Shown in pieces: positions 56,605-64,000 of a stretch of DNA of 64,000 nt. Each line of letters begins with the position of its first letter. Positions within the stretch are counted from its first letter, which is position 1. The notes below the pieces were generated by a model. That model was given only the letters and a program-made list of their open reading frames with translations. It made no database searches and was not told where the DNA came from. A program made the translations under genes and the position numbers. Source of the stretch: Candidatus Fervidifonticultor secundus (GTDB lineage Bacteria; Sysuimicrobiota; Sysuimicrobiia; Sysuimicrobiales; Humicultoraceae); assembly GCA_031459385.1 (NCBI GenBank), contig JAVKIP010000009.1, positions 1-64,000 of the forward strand, given 5' to 3'.

Positions 56605-58536
56605 GTGAGGCAGCCGGCGCCACGAACGCTCCTGCGCACCGTGCTCCTGGCGGCGGTCGCGGTCATGGCCGCCGCCTCGGGGGCGACAGCCCAGGCGACC
56701 GCCACGGACTTGGGCGGGCACTGGGCCGCGGCCCGGATCGCCGACCTCGTGCGCCGCGGCGTGGTCGCCCTCGACCCGAACCGCCGCTTCTATCCCGACC
56801 GTCCCCTGGCCCGCGCCCAGTACATCACGTGGCTCGCGGCCGCGCGCGGTCTGTCGTCGCTGCGTGTCGAGATGCCGAGCTTCGCCGACGTGCCGCCGGA
56901 GCACCAGGCCGCGGCGGCGATTGAGAGCGCGGTGGCGGTGGGCATCGTACCGCCCGGCGGCCTGTTCCGCCCCGGCGAGGCCATCACGCGCGCCGAGGCC
57001 ATCGTCTTCCTCGTCCGCGCCCTCGGCCACACGTTCGAGGCTGCCTACATGGTCAACGCGCCGCTGCCCTATGCCGACGTCGACCACCTGGAGCCGACGG
57101 TGCGCGGTGCCATCGCGGTTGCCGCGCTGAGCGAGCCGCCGTTGTTGCGCGAGCCGCCCGCCGACCGCCTGCGGCCCGCGGAGGCCGCCACACGCGCGGA
57201 GGCCGCCAGCCTGCTCTGGGCTTACCTGCAGGCCGTCGAACGCGGCGCGCGCCTCCGCTTCAGCACCACCCTGGGCCAGGGCGTGACGCTCATCCTCGAG
57301 AAGCGGGGGGCGCTGCGCATCACCCCGACCTGGCGCGTCCAGGTGGGGGCGTTCCTGGAGGAAGACCGGGCCCGCCGGCTGGCCGCGGCGATGCGCGCGC
57401 GGGGGTATGCGACCGACGTGGAGGCGGTCGACGAGGTCTTCCGGGTGCGCGTCGGGCAGTTTCGCACCCGCGAGGACGCCGAGACGTTCCGCCTGCGCCT
57501 GGGGCCTGAGGCCGCCTCGGCGCAGGTGATCCTCACGGTGCAGGACTACGACGCGCTCTCCGGTCCTTTCTGGACCGGCATGCTCCTGGTAGAAGCGGCC
57601 AGCGGCGTCCGGCTCCGGCCCGCCCTGGCGCTGGAGACCGGCGTGGGGCGCGGTCGCGTGAGCGAGGCGGCCCGGCGGGCCGGCGCGCTGGCGGCGGTCA
57701 ACGGCGGCTTCTTCCACGCCGCCACCGGCGACCCGCTGGGCTGCCTGGTCATCGACGGGGAGGTCGTGAGCGAGCCCATCCTGGGCCGCACCTGCGCGGG
57801 GATCACCAACGACGGCCAAGTGCTCTTCGACACCATGCGGTTCGACGCCGGCGTGGAGGTCAACGGTACGCGCCTGCCGGTCAACGGCGTGAACCGGGCC
57901 CGGGGTGCCGATGAACTGATCATCTACCGTCCGGCCTTTGGCCCGTCCACGCGCACGAATGCGTTCGGCACCGAGGTCGCCGTCGTGGGCGGCGTGGTCG
58001 AGCAGGTGGTCGACGGCCGGGGAAACACCGCGATACCCGCCGACGGCTTCGTGCTGTCCGCGCACGGCCGCACGCGTCCGGCGCTGACGGCGCTGCGGCC
58101 GGGCGACCGCGTGACGGCGTGGATGCGCTTGGTGCCGGTCTCCGGCGACCCCAGATGGGAGGACGTGCGGCACATTATCGGCGGCGGGCCGCGGTTGCTG
58201 GCCGACGGGCAGTACATCGGGGGCGAGGGCTTCCGGCCGTCGTTCACCGACCGCCGGCACCCGCGCACCGCGATCGGCCGCCTCGAGGACGGCCGGACGC
58301 TGCTGGTCGTGGTCGGCGGCCGGCAGCCCTATCACAGTCTGGGCATGACGCTCCCGGAGCTGGCGGCCGTCCTGCGCCTGCTGGGCGTCACCGATGCTCT
58401 GAACCTGGACGGCGGAGGCTCCACCACCCTGGTCGTGCGCGGCGTGGTCGTCAACCTGCCGTCGGACGAGACGGGCGAGCGGCCGGTGGGCGACGTGCTG
58501 CTGGTGATGCCGCCGGCCACGCAGGAACAGCCCTGA
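56605..58536 (+). CDS. Secreted SLH + SPOR + phosphodiester glycosidase (NAGPA/DUF2233) protein
   Basis: Signal peptide; SLH motifs (HWA, FYPDRP.RA, FADV, FRP...ITRAEA, ATRAEAA); SPOR WRVQVGAF...A...FRVRVG.F; AAVNGGFF, GGGP.L, HPRTAIG, A.NLDGGGST. Confidence 0.85.
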   Translation: MRQPAPRTLLRTVLLAAVAVMAAASGATAQATATDLGGHWAAARIADLVRRGVVALDPNRRFYPDRPLARAQYITWLAAARGLSSLRVEMPSFADVPPEHQAAAAIESAVAVGIVPPGGLFRPGEAITRAEAIVFLVRALGHTFEAAYMVNAPLPYADVDHLEPTVRGAIAVAALSEPPLLREPPADRLRPAEAATRAEAASLLWAYLQAVERGARLRFSTTLGQGVTLILEKRGALRITPTWRVQVGAFLEEDRARRLAAAMRARGYATDVEAVDEVFRVRVGQFRTREDAETFRLRLGPEAASAQVILTVQDYDALSGPFWTGMLLVEAASGVRLRPALALETGVGRGRVSEAARRAGALAAVNGGFFHAATGDPLGCLVIDGEVVSEPILGRTCAGITNDGQVLFDTMRFDAGVEVNGTRLPVNGVNRARGADELIIYRPAFGPSTRTNAFGTEVAVVGGVVEQVVDGRGNTAIPADGFVLSAHGRTRPALTALRPGDRVTAWMRLVPVSGDPRWEDVRHIIGGGPRLLADGQYIGGEGFRPSFTDRRHPRTAIGRLEDGRTLLVVVGGRQPYHSLGMTLPELAAVLRLLGVTDALNLDGGGSTTLVVRGVVVNLPSDETGERPVGDVLLVMPPATQEQP

Positions 58537-58559
58537 CCCGTCGGGCCCGGGGTCAGGGC
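58530..58559. terminator. Hairpin spanning two convergent stop codons
   Basis: GCCCTGACCC...GGGTCAGGGC inverted repeat; no U-tract. Confidence 0.35.
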
Positions 58560-59155
58560 CGCTCGCCGAGGCCGGAAAGGTCGTCAGCGGTGTCGACGTC
58601 TGCGGCCGCCTCGTCGGGGAGCGGTACCGCCACCCCCTGCGTCGGGTAGCGCTCGATGACGCTGCGGGCGCCGCGGTCGCCCTCGAGCGTGAGCAGCTCG
58701 AGGAACAGGGCCCGGTCGAAGTATGCGGGCGGGCCGACCACGCCGCGAGCGGTCGAGGCCACGATGCGATGGCCGCCTGCGACCGCGGTCTCGATCAGGT
58801 GGTCGATCATCTCGGCCGTGACCAGGGGCTGGTCGCCGAGCAGGATCACGACGCCGCTGGCCTCGGGCGAGACCGCGGCCACGCCGACGCGGATCGAGGA
58901 TCCCATGCCCTCAGCCGGATCCGGGTTCTCCACCACGCGCACCGGCAGCCCGTCGAGGAGCGGCCGGTAGACGGCCGCATGCGTCCCCCCCAGCACCACC
59001 ACCACCTCGCGGCAGCGCGAGGCGGTCGCGGCCTGCGCGACGCGGCGGAGGATCGGGGTTCCCCGCACGGGCAGGGCGAGCTTCGGCCGTCCCATGCGGG
59101 TGCTGGCGCCGGCGGCCAGCACCACGGCCGCCGGCCACAGCGAACGCTCGCTCAT
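58553..59155 (-). CDS. mocA: Molybdenum cofactor cytidylyltransferase (MocA-like NTP transferase)
   Basis: VLAAG.S.RMG.PK..L, NP....GM.SS...G, LGDQP, G.P..F, L.GD.GAR, DVDT..D. Confidence 0.85.
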   Translation of the reverse strand: MSERSLWPAAVVLAAGASTRMGRPKLALPVRGTPILRRVAQAATASRCREVVVVLGGTHAAVYRPLLDGLPVRVVENPDPAEGMGSSIRVGVAAVSPEASGVVILLGDQPLVTAEMIDHLIETAVAGGHRIVASTARGVVGPPAYFDRALFLELLTLEGDRGARSVIERYPTQGVAVPLPDEAAADVDTADDLSGLGERP

Positions 59156-60276
59156 CCGGCGGGCACGGACTCGTGGATGGGCGCGCGGCGCGCCCGCAGG
59201 AAGCCGCCCTGCCGCCGGCGGGCCACGGCCAGGATCTCGGCGAGGGCAGCCAGGGCGATCTCGTCGGGTGTCTCGCTGCCGATGTCCAGGCCCACGGGGC
59301 CGTAGATCTGCGCGCGCCGCGCATCGTCGATCACCACGCCCTCCCCCGCCAGGTCCGCCAGGATCCTGTCGGTGCGCGCGCGAGGGCCGAGCATCCCCAG
59401 GTAGGCCACGGGCGTGGGCAGGAACGCCCGCAGCAGGTCACGGTCGTGCAGGTAGTTGTGGGTCATGATCAGCACGTAGGTGTGCGCGTCGGTCGGCACG
59501 GCCTGGCCCGCCTCGGGAAACTCGGTCTTCACGAACCCCGACGCGCCGGGGAAGCGCTCCGGGGTCAGGAACGCCTCGCGGCGATCCACGACCAGCACGC
59601 GCCAGCCCAGCTGCGCGGCGAACCGCACCACCGGAATGGCGTCGTGGCCCGCGCCGCAGACGACCAGGCGCAGCGGCGGGTGCAGCACTTCCACGAAGAG
59701 GCGCACCGGGCCACCGTCGGCCTGTGCCCGGTGGACGCCGGTGCGCAGCTCGGCCCGGGCCGCCGCCGCCAACCGCGCAGCCTCGATCTCCAGGGCGGGA
59801 TCGCCGAGCCCGCCGGCACGGCGGCCATCAGCCCAGACCACCAGGCGTCGGCCCGCGGGGACGGCGGGCGTACCCTCGACGACGGTGACCACCGTCACGG
59901 TCTCCTCGGCGGCGAGCGCACTCCGCACAGCCTCCCACAGCACGTCGGCAGCGGTGGTCGGCTCCACGAACACCTCGATGGCGCCGTTGCAACCCAGCCC
60001 CAGCCCCCAGACCATGTCGTCGTCGGCGGTGAGGTCGTAGGTGACCAGGCGCGGCGCGCCCTGCGCCAGGACCTCCTCGGCGACCACGGCGACGTCGCCC
60101 TCCAGGCACCCGCCGCTGATGTTGCCCACCTGCCGGCCCCCGGCAGCGATGAGCAGACGCGCACCGGCGCGCCGGTACGTCGATCCGCGCACGCCGACGA
60201 TGGTGGCCAGCGCCACCGCCTCGCCGCGCGCCCGCGCCTCTTCCACTGCGGTGAGGATCTCCTGCAGTTCCTTCAT
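59152..60276 (-). CDS. XdhC/CoxI family molybdoenzyme maturation factor
   Basis: LAT.V.V.GS.YRR.GAR, G.ISGGCLEGD, WGLGLGCNG, GAGHDA, MTHNY..D, YLG.LGP..R, PVGLDIG.ETP.EIA. Confidence 0.9.
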   Translation of the reverse strand: MKELQEILTAVEEARARGEAVALATIVGVRGSTYRRAGARLLIAAGGRQVGNISGGCLEGDVAVVAEEVLAQGAPRLVTYDLTADDDMVWGLGLGCNGAIEVFVEPTTAADVLWEAVRSALAAEETVTVVTVVEGTPAVPAGRRLVVWADGRRAGGLGDPALEIEAARLAAAARAELRTGVHRAQADGGPVRLFVEVLHPPLRLVVCGAGHDAIPVVRFAAQLGWRVLVVDRREAFLTPERFPGASGFVKTEFPEAGQAVPTDAHTYVLIMTHNYLHDRDLLRAFLPTPVAYLGMLGPRARTDRILADLAGEGVVIDDARRAQIYGPVGLDIGSETPDEIALAALAEILAVARRRQGGFLRARRAPIHESVPAG

Positions 60277-61466
60277 CGGCCTGTCGTCCCCAGGTGCCGT
60301 TCCAGCCGGCGCAGGCTCTCCAGATTGTGCGCCGGCGCGAACACGTCGACGTAGGGCAGGGCCACCCGCATGCCCTGGCAGATCGGCTCGTAGCCCGGGC
60401 TGGCCAGCAGCGGGTTGAGCCAGATCACCTTGGCGGCACGGCGGTGGAGCTCGTCCATCGCGCGCTCCAGCACGTCCATTTCGCCCGTGTCCCAGCCGTC
60501 GCTGATGACGATGACCACCGTGCGGCGGTCGAGCAGGGCCCCGTAGCGCTCCAGGAAGTCCCGCAGGCTTCGGCCGATCTTCGTGCCCCCCGACCAGTCG
60601 GGGACCTGGCGCGCCACCGCGTCGAGGGCGGCCTGCAGGTCCTCGTGGGCCAGCTGCCCCGTGATCCGGCTGAGGCTGGTGCTGAACACGAAGGTCTCGA
60701 CCCGGCCGGTAGCGTGCTGCAACGCGTAGACGAACTGAATGAGGAACCGGCTGTAGAGGTCCATCGAGCCGCTCACGTCGCACAGCAGCACGATGCGGCT
60801 CTTCTGGATCTTGCGCTCGCGCCGCAGGATCTCCACCATCTCGCCGCCCCGGCGCAGGCTGTGGCGCATCGTGCGGCGCAGGTCGACCAGGTGCCCCCGG
60901 GCGCTGCGCCGCGTGCGGCGCGACAGCCGCGTGGCTACCCGCCGCGCGATGGCCGCCACGATCCGCGTCATCTCGTTGAGCTCGTCGGGGGTGAAGGCGC
61001 TGAAGTCCTTGCGCGTCAGCGCCTCGACCGGGCTGTAGGCAGGGAGGTGCTCGCCCTCGTCGTCGCCGTCGGCCTCGGCCGCATCCTGCCACTCGAGCAG
61101 CACGCGGTCCAGAGCCTGCTGCGGGTCGAGGATCAGGTCGCCTTCCTGCGCGGCCGCCGCCAGCGGATCCGGGTCCGGCCGGGGCCCCCAGTACTGCCAG
61201 AACGCCTCGTCGAAGATATGCTGGGCGTCCTGCCCCGAGGCCAGCACCGCCCGCAACGCCAGGTAGACCTCGCGCCGGTCGCCGATGTCCACGCTGGCCA
61301 GCGCCCGCAGGGCATCGGCCGCCTCCTGCGGCCCGACCGGCAGCCCCCGCGCCCGCAGCAGGCGGCAGAATCCCACCACGTTGGCGGCCAGGTTCGCCCA
61401 GCGGGCGTGGTCTACCGCCGGGCGTCCAGCCGCTGCGCGACCTGCGCGATGCGCTCCTGGCTCCAC
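60273..61466 (-). CDS. coxE: CoxE-like VWA domain protein
   Basis: F.R.LR..G..VG, D.RRT.R..L..GGE, L.DVSGSM..Y, E.F.FST.L.RIT, WSGGT.IG, ISDGWD.G, WLNP; start uncertain. Confidence 0.85.
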   Translation of the reverse strand: MEPGAHRAGRAAAGRPAVDHARWANLAANVVGFCRLLRARGLPVGPQEAADALRALASVDIGDRREVYLALRAVLASGQDAQHIFDEAFWQYWGPRPDPDPLAAAAQEGDLILDPQQALDRVLLEWQDAAEADGDDEGEHLPAYSPVEALTRKDFSAFTPDELNEMTRIVAAIARRVATRLSRRTRRSARGHLVDLRRTMRHSLRRGGEMVEILRRERKIQKSRIVLLCDVSGSMDLYSRFLIQFVYALQHATGRVETFVFSTSLSRITGQLAHEDLQAALDAVARQVPDWSGGTKIGRSLRDFLERYGALLDRRTVVIVISDGWDTGEMDVLERAMDELHRRAAKVIWLNPLLASPGYEPICQGMRVALPYVDVFAPAHNLESLRRLERHLGTTGR

Positions 61467-62362
61467 GGGGCTCCGTCCCTGTCCAGCGCGGCGACGCCGT
61501 CCAGCAGGCGATCCAGCCACTGGGTCCGGATCAGCGCCGCGTCGTCCTGGTGCTTGAACAGCACCCCCAGCGTCTCCTCCACCGTATCCCGGTCGAGGTG
61601 CTCGCGGTGCAGCGCGAGCAGCGCCGCGGTCCAGTCCAGCGTCTCAGCCACGCCGGGGGTCTTCTCCAGCCTGATCCGGCGTACCAGCTGCATGAACGCC
61701 GCGATCTGCTCGGCCAGCTGGGCGTTGGCGCCGGGCACCTTGCGCCGGACGATCTCCAGTTCCTTCTCGAAGGTGGGATAGTCGATCCACAGGTACAGGC
61801 AGCGCCGGCGCAGGGCGTCGCCCAGCTCGCGGGTGCGGTTGCTCGTCAGCACCACGTAGGGAGTGGCGCTGGCGCGGATCGTGCCGATCTCGGGGATCGT
61901 CACCTGGAAATCGGAGAGGACCTCGAGCAGAAACGCCTCGAACTCGATGTCCGCGCGGTCGATCTCGTCCACCAGGAGCACCGGCGCCGTCTCGCGGGTG
62001 ATGGCGTCCAGCAGCGGGCGCTTCAGCAGGAAGGGCTCGCTGAAGATCTCGGCTTCGCGCTCCTCCAGGGTCCGGTCGCTGTTCTCCGACAGCCGGATGT
62101 GCAGCAGCTGGCGCTGGTAGTTCCACTCGTAGAGTGCCGTGGTGGCGTCCAGCCCCTCGTAGCACTGCAACCGGATCAGGTCAGTGCCCAGCGACCGGGC
62201 CATGACCTTGGCGACCTCGGTCTTGCCCACCCCCGCCGCGCCCTCGATGAGCAGCGGCTTGCGCAGGGCGATGGACAGGTAGACGCTGGTGGCGATGGCG
62301 CGGTCGGCGACGTAGCCCTGCCCGGCCAGCAGCTCCTGGATGCGCTTGATCTCTGAATGCAT
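61412..62362 (-). CDS. coxD: CoxD-like MoxR AAA+ ATPase
   Basis: EG.AGVGKTE, RLQCYEGLD...ALYEWNY.RQ, DEIDRAD.EFEAFLLE.LSDFQ.TIPE.GT, TSNRTREL.DALRRRC, PGVAETLDW. Confidence 0.9.
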   Translation of the reverse strand: MHSEIKRIQELLAGQGYVADRAIATSVYLSIALRKPLLIEGAAGVGKTEVAKVMARSLGTDLIRLQCYEGLDATTALYEWNYQRQLLHIRLSENSDRTLEEREAEIFSEPFLLKRPLLDAITRETAPVLLVDEIDRADIEFEAFLLEVLSDFQVTIPEIGTIRASATPYVVLTSNRTRELGDALRRRCLYLWIDYPTFEKELEIVRRKVPGANAQLAEQIAAFMQLVRRIRLEKTPGVAETLDWTAALLALHREHLDRDTVEETLGVLFKHQDDAALIRTQWLDRLLDGVAALDRDGAPWSQERIAQVAQRLDARR

Positions 62363-62477
62363 CGATCACTCCGCCCGTCGATGTACCCGTCCGTTTCCAC
62401 AAACGAAGAGGGATGGCCGCGCCATCCCACTTTCCATCTTACCGGATCCGCGGGCGCCCGTCCATCCGCCTGGCCCT

Positions 62478-62921
62478 TCACGCGTCGAGCCGCGTCTTCA
62501 CACAGGCGAACGCCTCGGTCGTCTTCTTCTCCACCGTGCTCTGAAGCAGCCGGGCGCCCGCCGTGGCCAGGGTGCCGCTGACCACGACCTCGGCCTGCCA
62601 GTCCAGCCGCGTGCCCTCGGGCGCCTCGGCCAGGTCCAGCGTGCTGCGCAGGTCCACAGCGCTGCCCAGGCCGCCGCCGTGCCCGGTGAGGACCGCGTGC
62701 GCCGGCGGCTGTAGGTCGGCCATCGTGACCTCGACGGTGAAGTTCCCCTTGATGAACCCCACGCCGACGCGCACCACGGCCCGGAACCGCCCGTCGCCGA
62801 GGACCTCCAGCGCCTGCACGTCGGGCAGGCACTGGCTCACCGCGTGGGGATCGAGCAGAAACGCCCAGACCTGCTCGCGCGGTGCGCGCACGATGAGGCT
62901 CCCCTGGAACCGCAGCGCCAC
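62478..62921 (-). CDS. coxG: CoxG / SRPBCC family protein
   Basis: APREQVW.FL.DP.....C.P, V.VG.IKG.F, T.L.W.A...V.G.LA..G.RL. Confidence 0.8.
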   Translation of the reverse strand: MALRFQGSLIVRAPREQVWAFLLDPHAVSQCLPDVQALEVLGDGRFRAVVRVGVGFIKGNFTVEVTMADLQPPAHAVLTGHGGGLGSAVDLRSTLDLAEAPEGTRLDWQAEVVVSGTLATAGARLLQSTVEKKTTEAFACVKTRLDA

Positions 62922-62923
62922 CG

Positions 62924-63970
62924 CTACGACCCCACCATGAGATACCGCGCCGGGTCGGCTGCGAACGTCTGGCGGCAGTGGGCGCAACAGAAGTAGACGC
63001 GCACGCCGCCGTGCTCCAGGGTGTGCACCGCGCCCGCCACCGCCACCGTCATCCCGCACACTGGGTCCACCGCCTCGGCGGCCGAGGCATCCACAGTGAC
63101 CGCGGTATCCGGGGCAGCCGCTGCCGGCACGGCGCGCAGCCCCGGCGCGGGTGGCGCGTCGCCCGCCGCCTCGTGCCCTCCCGGCGCGCCTACCTCTCGC
63201 CGCGCCCGGTACGCCCCGATCACCTCGGCGACGATACTGACCGCGATCTCCTCGGGCGTGACCGCGCCGATGTCGAGCCCGGCGGGAGCCCGCAGCGCAT
63301 CCACCCCCACGGGGTCGGCCCCCCGACGGGCCAGGTCGCGGCGCACCGCCATGGCACGCTTCGGGCTCGCCACCAGCCCCACGTAGGCGGCCCCGGCCCC
63401 GAGCACGCGCGCCAGCACGTCCTCGTCGTACTGGCCCATGCTGGCCACCACCACATAGGCGCCGACCACGAGCCCTTCTTGGAACTCGTGCAGCGCAAGG
63501 GTGCGGTCGTCCGCGCCCACGGCGTCGTCCTTGCCCGCCCGCACCCGCCAGACGTCGAATCCGGTCAGGCGCCCCAGGGCGGCCAGCGCGTCCGCCAGGG
63601 GGGCGTCCCCGACGACCACCAGGCGGGGCGGCGGCAGCACCGGCTCCAGGTAGATCTCCAGCGTCCCGCCGCTGTGGCACGTCATGGGCTGTTCGATCAC
63701 CCCTTCCCGCTCCAGGCGTCCGGCGGCCGTCGGGCTCAACCGCAGCAGCCCCGCCCGGCCGCTGTGGAGCAGGTGGAGCCCCTCGCGCACGACCACCGTA
63801 TGCGCGCAGCTGCCGCCGACCCAGCCCTCGAGCCGGCCGTCGGCCGTCAGGATCGCCTTCATCCCGGGCCGGGCCGACGCGGGACGCTCGATGCGGACCA
63901 CCGTGGCCAGCACGAACGGCTCCCCGCTGGCCCGCAGGGCCTGGGCGCGGTCGAGCAGATCGCCCCTCAC
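62924..63970 (-). CDS. XdhC/CoxF family protein with C-terminal YHS (TRASH) metal-binding domain
   Basis: FVLATVVR...P.S..PG.KA, GWVGGSC, C.SGG..EI..EP, YVGLVAS.KR, PAGLDIGA.TPEEIA.SI.AE; DPVCGM...YFCC..C...F..DP. Confidence 0.85.
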   Translation of the reverse strand: MRGDLLDRAQALRASGEPFVLATVVRIERPASARPGMKAILTADGRLEGWVGGSCAHTVVVREGLHLLHSGRAGLLRLSPTAAGRLEREGVIEQPMTCHSGGTLEIYLEPVLPPPRLVVVGDAPLADALAALGRLTGFDVWRVRAGKDDAVGADDRTLALHEFQEGLVVGAYVVVASMGQYDEDVLARVLGAGAAYVGLVASPKRAMAVRRDLARRGADPVGVDALRAPAGLDIGAVTPEEIAVSIVAEVIGAYRARREVGAPGGHEAAGDAPPAPGLRAVPAAAAPDTAVTVDASAAEAVDPVCGMTVAVAGAVHTLEHGGVRVYFCCAHCRQTFAADPARYLMVGS

Positions 63971-64000
63971 CGGCCGGAGCCCCCCGCCACCGACAGATCG

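Overview
Very GC-rich bacterial chromosome segment. The Gram-positive-type SOS box, T-box riboswitch and SLH-domain protein suggest a Terrabacteria lineage (inference). From left to right: (1) the 3' end of an ISL3 transposase and an unusual two-gene glutamate-synthase-like system next to tRNA-Asp(GTC); (2) a DUF364-like protein, a membrane protein and a non-canonical EF-P paralog; (3) a Leu-specifier T-box-controlled operon ilvB-ilvC(long, plant-like)-ilvN-leuA-leuC-leuD-cimA-orf-leuB; (4) a methyltransferase pseudogene; (5) a ~19.6 kb GntR-associated aromatic catabolic cluster with Rieske dioxygenase, extradiol dioxygenase, hydratase-aldolase, ATP-dependent hydantoinase/oxoprolinase, M20 deacylase, LLM, two SDRs and two ABC importers; (6) an unannotated 54-aa membrane peptide behind an SD-sequestering multi-hairpin leader; (7) LexA-box mrfAB-like repair genes plus an HD-GYP protein; (8) hyi-garR, an AfuABC-like transporter, phosphatases and iol-like genes; (9) glutaryl-CoA dehydrogenase, a lipoprotein and a stand-alone 14-aa Lys/Ala micropeptide gene with its own RBS and terminator; (10) an SLH-SPOR-phosphodiester glycosidase and cox/xdh molybdoenzyme accessory genes. 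All product calls come from motif recognition by eye; no database searches were run. Start codons were re-picked from RBS and homology where the ORF track over-extends.
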